From Candidatus Spongiisociaceae bacterium (GTDB taxonomy: Bacteria; Actinomycetota; Acidimicrobiia; Spongiisociales; Spongiisociaceae), in assembly GCA_965202665.1 (NCBI GenBank), contig OZ241841.1, forward strand, positions 416,001 to 480,000: 64,000 nucleotides of DNA, in the 5' to 3' direction. The notes beneath the pieces are model-generated. The model was not told the DNA's origin, made no database searches, and was given only the letters and a program-made list of their open reading frames with translations. Positions 10,535 through 21,501 of this stretch are shown one piece after another (the stretch's first letter is position 1; every line of letters begins with the position of its first letter). Position numbers and translations under genes: made by a program.

Positions 10535-11610
10535 CCGCCCTCCTCCAAACGGCGGGCCGACTCTTCGGACGCCGCCGCGTCCACCATTTGATCCAAATTC
10601 CCTTCCAAAATCTGCGGCAACCTTTTCACGGTCAGGCCGATGCGATGGTCGGTCACCCGGTTCTCCTTGAAATTGTAGGTTCGGATCTTCTCGGAGCGGT
10701 CGCCGCTTCCGATCTGCGACCGGCGCCCGGAGGCCTCCGAGGCCTGTTGTTCTTCCAGCATCGCCTGATACAACCGGGCCCGCAACACCCGAAAAGCCTT
10801 CTCCTTGTTCTGCAACTGCGACTTCTCGTCCTGGCAGGTGACCGTCAGGCCGGTGGGCAGAAATGTGAGACGCACCGCCGAATCGGTGGTGTTCACCGAC
10901 TGGCCCCCCGGTCCCGAAGAGCGGAAAGTGTCCACTTTCACATCCGCCGGGTCGAGGGCCACCTCCACTTCTTCGGCTTCGGCCATCACCGCCACCGTGG
11001 CCGTGGAAGTGTGCACCCGCCCCTGCGACTCGGTTTGGGGGACACGTTGCACCCGATGCACGCCCGCCTCGTATTTGAACCGGGAAAACGCCCCTTTGCC
11101 TTTCACCGCGAAGGCGACCCTGCTCAACCCTCCGGCTTCCGAGGCGGAACTGCCCATCGGCTCCACCCCGAATCCCCGCCGCTCCGCGTACCGCTCGTAC
11201 ATTCGCAACAGATCCCGGGCCCACAAAGCGGCCTCCGCCCCGCCGGCCGCGGCCCGTATTTCCACGATCACGTCTTTGCCGTCATCGGGGTCGGCGGACA
11301 ACAAGGCGGCTCGCAACTGGTCGGACAGGCGGGCCGCCTCCTCCCGCCGGGCGGCGGCCATGTCCCGGAAGCCGGCCGCCAACTCCGGGTCGGCCTCCGC
11401 CTCGGCCAACTCCAGGGCCTCCCCGGCCTCCTCCCAACCGGCTTTGATCTCCCGAAAAGAGGCCACCAAAGGGCGCAGTTCGGCGTAGCGGCGGCTGGCC
11501 TCCTCGTAGCGGGCAAGGTCGGCCAGCACCGCCGGGTCGGCCAGCTCCCGTCCGGTGCTCTCAAAAGACTCCTCCATCTCCGCCATGCGCGCCCGCAACC
11601 GCTCGTCCAT
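10531..11610 (-). CDS. prfA: Peptide chain release factor 1
   Basis: GVHRVQRVPQTE (PxT), GPGGQSVNTTDSAVR, RSEKIRTYNF. Confidence 0.98.
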   Translation of the reverse strand: MDERLRARMAEMEESFESTGRELADPAVLADLARYEEASRRYAELRPLVASFREIKAGWEEAGEALELAEAEADPELAAGFRDMAAARREEAARLSDQLRAALLSADPDDGKDVIVEIRAAAGGAEAALWARDLLRMYERYAERRGFGVEPMGSSASEAGGLSRVAFAVKGKGAFSRFKYEAGVHRVQRVPQTESQGRVHTSTATVAVMAEAEEVEVALDPADVKVDTFRSSGPGGQSVNTTDSAVRLTFLPTGLTVTCQDEKSQLQNKEKAFRVLRARLYQAMLEEQQASEASGRRSQIGSGDRSEKIRTYNFKENRVTDHRIGLTVKRLPQILEGNLDQMVDAAASEESARRLEEGG

Positions 11611-11624
11611 CGTCCCGTCTCCGC

Positions 11625-12566
11625 TCATCCGCCGAAGGCGCGCCAGGCCCCGTCCGCCACCGTCCCCCGGGCTTTTACCTCCTCTACCTCCTCCGGGGTG
11701 AGGGCGAACAGCAGGGAAGCCACCGCCACTTCCATCATCGACGGCTCCGGGGGGCGGGTGGTCAGCCGTTGCAGCCACAGGCCGGGGGCGGCCAGAATGC
11801 GGCTGAACCAACCGTCGGGGCGCAACGCCCCCAGTTTCAGCACCTCGTAGGAAATGCCGGCGATGACCGGCAGCAAAAGCACCCGGCTGGCTATCAGCCA
11901 AAACCAGGGCAACTCCCCCACCAAGCCGAACACCACGATGGCGGTCAGCATCACTATCAGCAAAAAGCTGGTTCCGCATCGCGGGTGTTGCGGTGGGTGG
12001 GAGCCGATGTGCTCCAAATCCAAAGGCTGGTCGGCTTCGTAAGCGTGGATGGTCATATGCTCGGCGCCGTGATAGGCGAACACCCGGCGGATGTCCTCCA
12101 TCCGCCCGATGGCCCATATGTAACCGACGAACAGGGCGATGCGTATCCCCGCTTCTATCGCCTGAAACGCCAAAGTGTCGGCCCCGAAACCGGTGAGGCG
12201 CACCGCCAGCAGGGGCAGAACGATGAACACCCCCACGAAAAAGGCCAGGGCGACCGCCATGGACAAGCTGATCTGGCGTTTGGAAATCGTCTCCTCCGGC
12301 GCGTCCGGTTCCTCCGTCGACTTGTGGGCCGACCAAGCCAGCGCCCGGTAGCCCAGCACCAGGCTCTCCCCCAACACCATCACCCCCCGCACCAACGGCA
12401 CCCGGGCCCAAACGGAACGGGAACTGAGGCGGGGCAGATGGTGGGCTTGGGCGACGATTTCCCCGGACGGGGCGCGCACCGCCACCGCCCACCCGGACGG
12501 GGCGCGCATCATCACCCCCTCCAAGACGGCCTGGCCGCCGACTTTGGCACCCGGAGGGCGCGCCAC
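11625..12566 (-). CDS. DUF1385 membrane protein
   Basis: [25 protein letters not shown] motifs; usual rpmE-prfA neighbour. Confidence 0.92.
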   Translation of the reverse strand: MARPPGAKVGGQAVLEGVMMRAPSGWAVAVRAPSGEIVAQAHHLPRLSSRSVWARVPLVRGVMVLGESLVLGYRALAWSAHKSTEEPDAPEETISKRQISLSMAVALAFFVGVFIVLPLLAVRLTGFGADTLAFQAIEAGIRIALFVGYIWAIGRMEDIRRVFAYHGAEHMTIHAYEADQPLDLEHIGSHPPQHPRCGTSFLLIVMLTAIVVFGLVGELPWFWLIASRVLLLPVIAGISYEVLKLGALRPDGWFSRILAAPGLWLQRLTTRPPEPSMMEVAVASLLFALTPEEVEEVKARGTVADGAWRAFGG

Positions 12567-12583
12567 CGGCTGGTTCCCCTGAG

Positions 12584-12874
12584 TTAGGAGTCGGCTTCGG
12601 AGCCCGCGTCCTTGTTTTTGGAGTCGCGGGCCAGTTTGCCGTAGCGCCGCTCGAAGCGTTCCACCCGTCCGCCGGTGTCCACCAGTTTCTGCTTGCCGGT
12701 GTAGAACGGGTGGCTGGCGCTGGAAATCTCCACCCGGGCCATCGGGTAGGTTTCACCGTCCTCCCATTCGATGGTTTCCGTGGCGGGAATGGTGGAACGG
12801 GTCAGAAACGCAAAGTCGACCGAGGTGTCCCGGAACACGACCGGGCGGTATTCGGGGTGGATGTCAGGTTTCAC
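12584..12874 (-). CDS. rpmE: 50S ribosomal protein L31 type B (Zn-independent)
   Basis: [24 protein letters not shown], no cysteines. Confidence 0.96.
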   Translation of the reverse strand: MKPDIHPEYRPVVFRDTSVDFAFLTRSTIPATETIEWEDGETYPMARVEISSASHPFYTGKQKLVDTGGRVERFERRYGKLARDSKNKDAGSEADS

Positions 12875-12991
12875 GATACTCCTGCTTATGCGTTCTTATG
12901 CGTTGCGACCGCGGCGCGGGAAGCGCGCCGGTCGGGCAGATGACAGGCCGATTATGCCACAATCCGGGCGCTTTGGGAAATCAACCCCCGC

Positions 12992-13600
12992 TCAACGTTG
13001 GGAAAGGTCCACCGGGACCGCATGGCGGGGCCCAATCGGGTCGCCCGGGCGGGGCGGCTCCAAAAAGGTGATGCTCTCGTAGAAATCATCCAGCTCCACG
13101 AACTTGCCCGCCTGCTCGGCCCACTGCCGCATCCGATTGTTGCAACTGTGTTGCCACGACAGAACCTCGATCCCCCAACCCCGGCTGTGCATGCGTTCCA
13201 AATCAGCGTGAAAACCAACCCCGTCGTGGAAACCGGATCCGTCGCCGGTGAGCATTACCACCGTGCCGGGATTTCCGCTGTAATCCAAAGCATCGCGCAA
13301 CATGGCGCTTTGCAAAATCGCATCCGCGCCTTGTTCCCCGCTCCGCCCCGCACCGCGATCCAGCAGGTGAACGGCGACGCCCTCCCTTTCCAAGCCGTTC
13401 CAAACATGCCTCAGCTCGGGCGGTACGGAACCCACCGCTACCGCGTGCTCAATTTCCCGCCCGGCGCGGGCCAGTTCCAACAGATTGCGGAAATGGATGC
13501 GCACCCGGTAGCGGGCGTCGTCGCCTTCCCGCCCAGCCGCTGCCTCTTGGCCGCCGATATAGATATTGGAGTTGTCCCAGTAGATGAAAGCTTTGTGCAC
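12992..13600 (-). CDS. NYN-domain (PIN-like, LabA/DUF88) protein
   Basis: IYWDNSNI, EQGAD, LTGDG..F and IEVLSW acidic motifs. Confidence 0.85.
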   Translation of the reverse strand: MHKAFIYWDNSNIYIGGQEAAAGREGDDARYRVRIHFRNLLELARAGREIEHAVAVGSVPPELRHVWNGLEREGVAVHLLDRGAGRSGEQGADAILQSAMLRDALDYSGNPGTVVMLTGDGSGFHDGVGFHADLERMHSRGWGIEVLSWQHSCNNRMRQWAEQAGKFVELDDFYESITFLEPPRPGDPIGPRHAVPVDLSQR

Positions 13601-13650
13601 TCCCTGCCTCCGGTGTCGGAACGGGTCATTATAGGGGGCTTGCGCGGGGC

Positions 13651-15357
13651 TTAGGCGCGGAGGGCGGCGGTGGCTGGTTCGTCTACTTCCAGCGTGTCGG
13701 GGTTTACGGCCACCCCGTAGTCGCGCTGGGCGGACTCGGGGGAAACGAAGCCGTTGCGGACGTCGCGGGCCACCTTTTGCGGGTCGCGTTGGCGGGGGTC
13801 GCCCCAGCCGCCTCCGCCTCCGGTGTTGTTGGCCAGGGCCGTGTCGGCGGGCAGGAGGTTGTAACTGCCCCCTTTGCGCTCCTCCTGTTCCGTGCCGGGA
13901 TTAATGACGATGTGGTTGGGGTCGCCTTCCCCGCCGCCGTTGATGCCCCATGGGGCGCTCTTCGTCTTGTAGAGGATGGAGATGGCGGTGGTGGGCGCGT
14001 TGAACCGGTACACCCGGCTCACCCCCACCCCGCCCCGGAACTGTCCCAGCCCGCCGGTGTCGGCGCGGTAGCCGTAACTTTCGATCAGCATGGGGCCTTT
14101 CACTTCCAGCACCTCCACCGGGTTGTTGCGGCAACCGGGCTCGGTGAGGTGCATGATGCCGTCTTCGCCGTCCCCCCCGGCGTGCGCCCCGAACCCGACC
14201 GCGTCGTTGGTGGCCTCCAGCCAGGGCCCGTCGGTGCGGGGGTTGTGTCCCAGGGCCATCACCGAACAGACATCCCCGCCGGAGCAGGCGGGAACCCGAT
14301 CCGGCATCCCCTGCGCCAAAGCCTTCAGCATCACCTCCCCGCCCAACAGCCCCGTCCACAGGGTGAAAGTGGGCATGGGGGGCACGGCGTGCATCACCGA
14401 CCCCTCTTTGGTGATGATGCGCAACGGCCGGAAGTTGCCAGCCGTAACCCCCGTGTCCGGGGTGGTGAGGGCTTTGAAAATCAGGCAGTTGAAGGCCTCG
14501 GTCATTCCCCGGGGCAGGTTGATCGGCCCCCGCACATCGTCGGCGCTTTCCGTCCAGTCCACCACCATCTCTTGGTCGGTGATGGTGATGGTCACCGCCA
14601 TCTTCACCAGTTTGTCCAAATCCACCCCGTCGTGGTCCACGTAATCCACCGCGCTCCACGTGCCTTTCGGCATCCGCTTCAAAGCCGCCAGCGCCAGCCG
14701 TTCCCCATGGTCGTTGATGGCGATCATCGCTTCGGTCAGGGTTTCCGTCCCGAATTTGGCCACGATCTCCTGAGTGCGGCGCACGCCGGTCACCACCGCC
14801 GACACCTGCGCCTGCAAGTCGCCGATGGTGTGGTTGGGGAGGCGGCTGTTGAAACGCACGATGTTGAAAATGTCTTCGTTGATTTCCCCCTCCCGGTACA
14901 GTCTCACCACCGGGAAGAAAATCCCTTCCTGGTACATGTCGGTGGAGTCCAACACGTAGCCGGGGTCTTTTTGCTTCAGATCCAAGACGTGCACCCGGCA
15001 GGAGGTGAAACCCACCAGCTCCCCGTCCACGTGGACAGGGGCGAAAATCAGCGGGTCCAAGGTGTGGGCGGAGGACCAGTAGGGGTAGTTGTTGAGGAAA
15101 ATGTCCCCCGGTTTCATCGCCTCTTTGCCCAGGAACTCGATGGAACGTTTGATCCCGTAGTCGTTGCCCCGGGTGAACACCGCTATGCCGGGGGCGTCGG
15201 CCACGATATCCCCGTTCGCATCGTGCACCCCCACCCCGTAGTCGTGAATCTCGTACACCACCGTGTTGTAGGAGGTGCGGCACAGGTTGCGGGCCATCTC
15301 CTCGCAGGCCGACAGCAACCCGTGGCGGATAATCTCGATGGTGATGGGGTCAATCAT
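13651..15357 (-). CDS. Hydantoinase B/oxoprolinase family protein
   Basis: DPITIEII, GDIFLNNYPY..HTLD, GQFRGG, GGGGWGDP motifs. Confidence 0.95.
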   Translation of the reverse strand: MIDPITIEIIRHGLLSACEEMARNLCRTSYNTVVYEIHDYGVGVHDANGDIVADAPGIAVFTRGNDYGIKRSIEFLGKEAMKPGDIFLNNYPYWSSAHTLDPLIFAPVHVDGELVGFTSCRVHVLDLKQKDPGYVLDSTDMYQEGIFFPVVRLYREGEINEDIFNIVRFNSRLPNHTIGDLQAQVSAVVTGVRRTQEIVAKFGTETLTEAMIAINDHGERLALAALKRMPKGTWSAVDYVDHDGVDLDKLVKMAVTITITDQEMVVDWTESADDVRGPINLPRGMTEAFNCLIFKALTTPDTGVTAGNFRPLRIITKEGSVMHAVPPMPTFTLWTGLLGGEVMLKALAQGMPDRVPACSGGDVCSVMALGHNPRTDGPWLEATNDAVGFGAHAGGDGEDGIMHLTEPGCRNNPVEVLEVKGPMLIESYGYRADTGGLGQFRGGVGVSRVYRFNAPTTAISILYKTKSAPWGINGGGEGDPNHIVINPGTEQEERKGGSYNLLPADTALANNTGGGGGWGDPRQRDPQKVARDVRNGFVSPESAQRDYGVAVNPDTLEVDEPATAALRA

Positions 15358-17402
15358 TGCCCGCCTCCTTCCAAGTTTCCCAGGGTGATGATCAGTTCTC
15401 CATGCTCGCCCACCTGCAAACCGTCCCCGTCGTGGATGACGGTGGTGGCGGTGTGCTCCACGATCACCGCCGGGCCGGCGATCCGGTCCCCGGCGAACAG
15501 GTCGTCCCGGGCGTAGACCGCCGTCTCCCCGCGGGAGGCCCCCGCCTCGGTGATCACGGTCCGCACCCCCAGCGGGCGCGGTTCGCCGTCGGCGCGGGAC
15601 CCCCGCGCCGGCAAACGGGGCTTGTCCACCACCCCCACCGCGCTCAGGCGGAAGGTGGTGACCTGCACCGGGTCGGTCAGGGTGTGCCCGTAATGCTGCT
15701 TGTGCATTTCGGCGAACTTTTCTTCCAGGAAACCGAGCGGGTCCTGCGCATCGGCGGGGAGATGAACGGAAACGGTGTGTTCCTGGCCGGTGTAGCGCAG
15801 GTCCACCGCCCGCGTCAGCCGATGGCGGGAAGCCTCGAATCCTTCCGCTTCCAGCAACCGCCCCGCTTCGGCCCCCATTTCTTCGTACACCGCCTCCAGC
15901 CGTTCCAAGGTCAGATCCGACAGGCCCATGACCGAGGTCTGGGCCAAGTCGTGCTGGACGTCGGTGAGCAACATTCCGAAAGCGGAGAAGGCGCCCTGGC
16001 CGGGGGGGATGATCACTTTGCGCATGCCCAGTTGCTGCGCCACGTCCACCGCCACGATGCCGCCCGCCCCGCCGAAGGCCAGCAGGGCGAAATCTTTCGG
16101 GTCCCGGCCCAGTTCGATGGTGATGGAACGCACCGCCCCCGCTACTTTGGCGGCGGAAATCTGCACCACCCCGCCCGCCAACTTCTCCACCGACATTTCC
16201 ATCCGTTCCGCTATCGGCTGCAAGGCGCGCCGGGCAAAATCCTCATCCAAGGCCAAGGTTCCCCCCAGCGGGGTTTCCGGCCCCAGATAACCGACCACCA
16301 GGGCGGCGTCGGTGAAAGTGGGCAACTCTCCCCCTGCTCCGTAGGAGGCGGGACCGGGGTCGGCCCCGGCGCTCTGCGGGCCGACCTGCAGGCCGCCCGC
16401 CTCGTCCACCCACACGATGGAACCGCCCCCCGCCCCGATGGTGTGAATGTAGAGGGAGGTGGTGTTGATGGGCAGGCCTTCGAAGTTGGCGCCCTGGTAC
16501 AGCACCGGCCGTCCGTCGATGACCAGCGAGGCGTCCAAGCTGGTGCCCCCCATGTCCACCGTGATCAGGTTCGGCTCCCCCACCAGCCGGGAAAAGTTGG
16601 CCGCCCCGATCACCCCGCCCGCCGGACCGGACAGCACCAGGTTGACCGGCTGTTCGCGGGCCGCCACGGCGGTCATCGCCCCGCCCCCGGAGCGCATCAT
16701 CAGAAACTCGCCCGCGAAGTCCTCGGCCGCCAAACGGTTTTCCATGTCGTACAGATAGGTGCGCATTATCGGCTTGATGTAGGCGTCGAGCACGGTGGTG
16801 CTGGTCCGTTCGTATTCCCGGTATTCGCGGGACAGGTCCGAGGACAGCGACACTTCCACCCCCGGGGCCACTTCGGACAGGACCTCCCGCATGGCCCGCT
16901 CGTGGGCCGGGTTGGAGTAGGAATGGAGGAAGGCCACCGCCGCCGACTGATAGCCGCCGTCCCGCACCGCCTCCGCCGCCCGCCGGGCGTGCTCCCGGTC
17001 GAATTCGGCGTGTACGGTTCCGTCGAACAGCATCCGCCCCCGCACCCCGAAGGTGTCGCTGCGCTCCACCAAGGCCGGGGGTTTGCGGTAGAGGATGTTG
17101 TAGTTGCCTTCCCGGTCGGTGCGGCCCAACAGAAACACGTCCCGGAAACCTTCGGTGGCGATGACCGCGGTGCGGGCCCCGGTGCGGGTCAGGAGGGCGT
17201 TCAGTCCCAGGGTGGTGCCGTGGGTGAACAAGGTGGCGTCGGACAGGGCCGCCTCCGCTTTAGCGAAGGAGTCGATCACGCCCAAAGTGGGCTCCGCCGG
17301 GGTGGTGGGAACCTTCTCGAACAGCAGTCGGCCGTCTTCGTCCAGCCGCACCACATCGGTGAAAGTGCCGCCCACGTCCACTGCCAGCCTGGTTTTGCCC
17401 AT
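15354..17402 (-). CDS. Hydantoinase A/oxoprolinase family protein
   Basis: VDVGGTFTD, SGPAGG, DMGGTS, IGAGGGS motifs; start MGKTRL with GGAGG RBS. Confidence 0.95.
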   Translation of the reverse strand: MGKTRLAVDVGGTFTDVVRLDEDGRLLFEKVPTTPAEPTLGVIDSFAKAEAALSDATLFTHGTTLGLNALLTRTGARTAVIATEGFRDVFLLGRTDREGNYNILYRKPPALVERSDTFGVRGRMLFDGTVHAEFDREHARRAAEAVRDGGYQSAAVAFLHSYSNPAHERAMREVLSEVAPGVEVSLSSDLSREYREYERTSTTVLDAYIKPIMRTYLYDMENRLAAEDFAGEFLMMRSGGGAMTAVAAREQPVNLVLSGPAGGVIGAANFSRLVGEPNLITVDMGGTSLDASLVIDGRPVLYQGANFEGLPINTTSLYIHTIGAGGGSIVWVDEAGGLQVGPQSAGADPGPASYGAGGELPTFTDAALVVGYLGPETPLGGTLALDEDFARRALQPIAERMEMSVEKLAGGVVQISAAKVAGAVRSITIELGRDPKDFALLAFGGAGGIVAVDVAQQLGMRKVIIPPGQGAFSAFGMLLTDVQHDLAQTSVMGLSDLTLERLEAVYEEMGAEAGRLLEAEGFEASRHRLTRAVDLRYTGQEHTVSVHLPADAQDPLGFLEEKFAEMHKQHYGHTLTDPVQVTTFRLSAVGVVDKPRLPARGSRADGEPRPLGVRTVITEAGASRGETAVYARDDLFAGDRIAGPAVIVEHTATTVIHDGDGLQVGEHGELIITLGNLEGGGQ

Positions 17403-17439
17403 GTTCTTTACCTCCTGTCGCGGATGTCTGTCTCGCCGT

Positions 17440-17772
17440 TCATTCGCCGCCCGGCCGCTCGGAGCCGGTGCGGTGCGCCACCCGGAAAACGCCGCCCCGG
17501 GTGGCGGCCGAAATCGGCTCCTCCAAAAGCGGATTGAGCTCCGCCGCCAAATCCCCCCGGTCGGAACGCCCCACCCACCGATCGTAGGCCTCTTGATCGT
17601 CCCAGGCGGCTGTGACAATAACCCGCCGGCCGTCCTCGGAGACGGTGAACTCGGCGGTGCGGCAGCCCGGATGATCGGCCGAAGTCTCCAAAATCCGCAA
17701 CTCCCGGAACTTGTCCAGCAACGGGGCCGCCCGCCCCCCTTTGGGACGGAACTCCAGGTAGGTGCGGATCAT
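17440..17772 (-). CDS. ABM (antibiotic biosynthesis monooxygenase)-like protein
   Basis: 110 aa, HPGC...VIVTAAWDDQEAYDRW pattern; coupled to upstream amidohydrolase. Confidence 0.75.
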   Translation of the reverse strand: MIRTYLEFRPKGGRAAPLLDKFRELRILETSADHPGCRTAEFTVSEDGRRVIVTAAWDDQEAYDRWVGRSDRGDLAAELNPLLEEPISAATRGGVFRVAHRTGSERPGGE

Positions 17773-18977
17773 GGGCCCTCCTCCACCGGTACCCCCCCTT
17801 GGACGACGGTGCGGCTCGGCGACCACAACACCGATGCGTCGCGCCACGGGTCGCCGTCCAGAATCACCAGGTCGGCCGCGGCCCCTTCCCGTATGACGCC
17901 CAAATCGGGGCGGCCGATGATGGCCGCGTTCACCGAAGTGGCGGAGCGCAAAATGGCGTCCACCCCCTCCTCTTCCGACCGCAGTTGGAACTCCAGCAAC
18001 TGGTCTTCCTCCAAATCCCCCATCAGGTCGGTGCCCAGCCCGATTTCCACCCCGGCCGCCCGGGCGATTTTTATGGAATCCAATCCCGCCTCCAGCACCT
18101 CCTCGTTTTTGACGCGGGAAACTTCGGGCAGGCCCAGTTCCGAACCCCGCCGTTGCATGGCGCGGTAGGCGATGAGGGTGGGCACCAAAAACGCCCCCCG
18201 CTCGGCCATAAGTTCGGCGGTGTCCGCATCCAGCAGGTTGCCGTGTTCGATGGTGCGCACCCCGTTGACGACCGCGTGCGCGATCGCCTCCGGGGAGTAG
18301 GCGTGCGAAGCCACGTAGGAACCGCGGCGGGACGCCTCGTCCACCACCGCCCGCACCTCCCCCGCGGAGTACTGGGGGATGCGGATGGGGTCGGTGGGGG
18401 ACACCACCCCCCCGGAAGTGAAAATTTTGACGGCGTGGGCCCCGGTGCGCATCCGTTCCCGCACCGCCCGCCGCAGATTGTCCTCCCCGTCCACGATCTC
18501 CCCCATGTGCCCGCACCCGCAGGCGGTTTCCAGGTGGAGATGGCCGGGGCGGGGGTCGGCGTGGCCGCCGGTCTGGGTGAGGGCCCGTCCGGTGAAAAAG
18601 TAGCGGGGGCCGGAAAACACCCCTTCCCGCAGGGCCTTCTGCAAGCCGATGTCGCCGCCGGCCACGTCCCGCACGGTGGTGAAACCCCGCCGCAGGGCGC
18701 GGCGCAACCGGACGGAGGCTTTGGCGGTCACGTAACTGAGCGGTTGCGCCTCCAGTTCCAGCAGGTCCAAGCCGATCCCGTAGGCGTGGAAATGGCAGTC
18801 GATCAATCCGGGGACGACCGTCCGCCCGCCGGCGTCGATCACCCGCGCCTCCGCCGGGGGCGGGCCCTCCAAGCCGACGATCTTGCCGCCCGCGGCGTGC
18901 ACCGGATGCTCGGCCGGGGCGGCGGAGGCCCCGTCGAACACCAGGCCGTTGACGACGGACAGCGGCGGGCGGGTCAT
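17769..18977 (-). CDS. Metal-dependent amidohydrolase (Xaa-Pro dipeptidase-like subgroup)
   Basis: PGLIDCHFH, GFTTVRD, SHAY, IEHG, GTD motifs. Confidence 0.93.
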   Translation of the reverse strand: MTRPPLSVVNGLVFDGASAAPAEHPVHAAGGKIVGLEGPPPAEARVIDAGGRTVVPGLIDCHFHAYGIGLDLLELEAQPLSYVTAKASVRLRRALRRGFTTVRDVAGGDIGLQKALREGVFSGPRYFFTGRALTQTGGHADPRPGHLHLETACGCGHMGEIVDGEDNLRRAVRERMRTGAHAVKIFTSGGVVSPTDPIRIPQYSAGEVRAVVDEASRRGSYVASHAYSPEAIAHAVVNGVRTIEHGNLLDADTAELMAERGAFLVPTLIAYRAMQRRGSELGLPEVSRVKNEEVLEAGLDSIKIARAAGVEIGLGTDLMGDLEEDQLLEFQLRSEEEGVDAILRSATSVNAAIIGRPDLGVIREGAAADLVILDGDPWRDASVLWSPSRTVVQGGVPVEEGP

Positions 18978-19993
18978 CGCCGCTTCTTTCCGGCGCTGAG
19001 GGCCACCGCGAACACGATGATGGCCCCGGTGGTCAGATCCTTGTAGAAGGGGTTGACGCTCAAAATGTTGAACCCGTTGTTGATGAGGGCCAGCAGCATC
19101 ACACCGGTGAAGGAGCGCCACACCGCCCCCTCCCCGCCGTAGATGCTGGTTCCGCCCAAGATGATGGCCGCTATGGCCTGCAATTCGAAGCCGATTCCCA
19201 GCTGGGCGGAACCGGTGGCCACCCGGGACACGGTGATCACCCCCGCCAACCCGGCCGCCAGCCCGCTCAGCATGAAAGTCAGCACCTGGATGCGGGCGTT
19301 GCGCACCCCGGACAGGGTGGCGGCCATCGGGTTGCCGCCCACCGCGAAAATATGCCGTCCGGCCACCGTCCGGTTCAGGAAAAAGGTGAGGAGGGCGAAC
19401 ACGGCCAGCAGGACGAAAACCACGTAGTTGATCCCCCAGACGCGGCCCCGTCCCAGGGCGGAGAAAGTTTCGTTGCCGGTCAGGGAAATCAGCGAACCGC
19501 CGGTGATGAGAATGGCCAACCCCCGATAGACCAGGCTGGTGGCCAACGTGGCCAAAAAGGAATGGACTTTCAAACCGGTGATGACCAGCCCGTTGACCAG
19601 GCCCAGGCCCAATCCGATGAGCGGTCCGATCAGGATGCCCAAAACTTCGTTTTCCAGGTTGAGTCCGATCCAGGCGGCCGCCACCCCCGCCACCGCGAAA
19701 ATGGATCCGGTGGAAAGATCGAAGCCGCCGGAGATGATCACCAACGTGCCCGCCATGGCGATGATGGCCAAAGGCGCGTTCTGGTTGAGGATGTTGAGCA
19801 AATTGCGGAAAGAAAGAAAAGAGTCGCTGGCGAAGATGAGGGTTACGAACAGGGCGGCGAACAGAAGCAACACCCCGTAGCGCCGAATCCATTCCAACAA
19901 ATTCTGTACATCGAACCCGCCAAAGGCGGGGCCGTCCCCCTCCCCGGCGGGGGCCGTATCGCGTCGCCCGGGCAGTTTGCCCATCCAACTCAT
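18974..19993 (-). CDS. Sugar-type (RbsC-like) ABC permease
   Basis: GGFDLSTGS, GRHIFAVGGN..AA.LSGV, ELQAIAAIILGGTS. Confidence 0.95.
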   Translation of the reverse strand: MSWMGKLPGRRDTAPAGEGDGPAFGGFDVQNLLEWIRRYGVLLLFAALFVTLIFASDSFLSFRNLLNILNQNAPLAIIAMAGTLVIISGGFDLSTGSIFAVAGVAAAWIGLNLENEVLGILIGPLIGLGLGLVNGLVITGLKVHSFLATLATSLVYRGLAILITGGSLISLTGNETFSALGRGRVWGINYVVFVLLAVFALLTFFLNRTVAGRHIFAVGGNPMAATLSGVRNARIQVLTFMLSGLAAGLAGVITVSRVATGSAQLGIGFELQAIAAIILGGTSIYGGEGAVWRSFTGVMLLALINNGFNILSVNPFYKDLTTGAIIVFAVALSAGKKRR

Positions 19994-21501
19994 GCGGCCG
20001 ACCTCCCGGCGTTGAACAAGCCTTGCAGCACATCCCCCACCGAGGTTCGTTGCGAATCCATCTCGCCGATGATTCGCCCTTCGGACATTAGAAGGATGCG
20101 GTGCGACAAACGCACCACCTCCTCCAACTCGGAGGAGATGAGCAACACCGCGCTCCCCCCGGCGGCCACTTCCGCCACCGCGTCGTAGATGCTGCGTTTG
20201 GCCCCGATGTCCACCCCCCGGGTGGGCTCGTCCAACAGGATCACCTTCGGCTTCTGCAAAGTCCACTTGCCGAACAGGGACTTCTGCTGGTTGCCCCCCG
20301 AGTAGAACTGCAACTCCCCTTCCGGATCGGGGGGGACGATGTTTAAACGGGTGATGGTTTCCGCCACCGCCCGCCGTTCGTCGGCGCGGGACACCCGCCC
20401 CCCTTGGGCGAAGTTGCGCAGACGGGGCAGGGAAATGTTTTCCCGCACGTTTTGGGTCATCACCAACCCCAGATGGCGGCGATCTTCGGGGAGCATGACT
20501 ATTCCCCGGTCGATGGCGGTGCGGGGGCGCAGGGCGGGCATCTCCTCCCCGTCCAGCCGGATGAGGCCCGACAGGGCCGCGTCCGCCCCGAAGATGAGCC
20601 GGGCCACTTCGGTGCGTCCGCTGCCCACCAGCCCGGCCAAGGCCACGATCTCCCCTTCCCGGATGTTGAAACTGATGTACTTGGGAATTTCCCCGGTCAG
20701 CTCCTCCACTTCCAACACCACCGGGGCGTCTTCCGCCACCGGGGGAACCTCGGGGAAGGTGGCCTCAAAAGTCCGGCCCAGCATCCCTTCGATCAGGGAC
20801 TGCTTGGTCTCGGCGGCGGCCGGGGCGGTGCGGGTTATGACGCCGTCCCGCATGATGGTCACCGTGTCCGCCACTTCCAGCACATCCTCCAGGAAATGAC
20901 TGACGTAGACGATGGTGCGGCCTTCGGAACGCAAGCGGATCATTATCTCGTGCAACCGGTCGGTTTCGTCTTTGGTGAGGGAGGAGGTGGGTTCGTCCAT
21001 CACGATCATCCGGGCGCTGCGGGCCAAGGCGCGCAACACTTCCACCTTCTGTTGGTCGGCCAGTCGCAACTGCCCCACTTCCGCCTCCGGGGGGATGCCG
21101 AAACCCACTTCGGCTTCCAGTTCTTCGTAACGTTCCCGTTGGACGCCGGACAGCACCCCCATCCGCGACCGCTCGATCCCCAGGAAAACATTTTCGGCCA
21201 CCGAACGACGGGGAACCAGCGACAGCTCCTGCTGGATGGTGGCTATCCCGGCAGCCAGGGCGGCCGGCGGGTCCCATCTTCCCACCGGCCGGCCGTCCAA
21301 AAGCAAGGATCCCCGGTCGGGAATGTAGATTCCGCCGATGATTTTGCCCAAGGTGGATTTGCCAGCCCCGTTCTCCCCCACCAAGGCGTGAATCTCACCG
21401 GCTCCGATGCGCAGGTTAATGTCATCCAAGGCCTGGGTGGCGCCGAACCGTTTGGACACTCCCTCCAATGTCACCGTGGCGCCGAAAACCGCGGTCGTCA
21501 T
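19990..21501 (-). CDS. Sugar-type (RbsA-like) ABC ATP-binding protein, two NBDs
   Basis: GENGAGKST, MDEPT, SGGNQQK, LDEPTRGVDIGAK. Confidence 0.96.
   Translation of the reverse strand: MTTAVFGATVTLEGVSKRFGATQALDDINLRIGAGEIHALVGENGAGKSTLGKIIGGIYIPDRGSLLLDGRPVGRWDPPAALAAGIATIQQELSLVPRRSVAENVFLGIERSRMGVLSGVQRERYEELEAEVGFGIPPEAEVGQLRLADQQKVEVLRALARSARMIVMDEPTSSLTKDETDRLHEIMIRLRSEGRTIVYVSHFLEDVLEVADTVTIMRDGVITRTAPAAAETKQSLIEGMLGRTFEATFPEVPPVAEDAPVVLEVEELTGEIPKYISFNIREGEIVALAGLVGSGRTEVARLIFGADAALSGLIRLDGEEMPALRPRTAIDRGIVMLPEDRRHLGLVMTQNVRENISLPRLRNFAQGGRVSRADERRAVAETITRLNIVPPDPEGELQFYSGGNQQKSLFGKWTLQKPKVILLDEPTRGVDIGAKRSIYDAVAEVAAGGSAVLLISSELEEVVRLSHRILLMSEGRIIGEMDSQRTSVGDVLQGLFNAGRSAA

Noticed and set aside
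10531-12756. 741-aa ORF suggesting an extended RF1
   Set aside because: Upstream part is a shadow frame over DUF1385 and rpmE; RF1 homology starts near 11610
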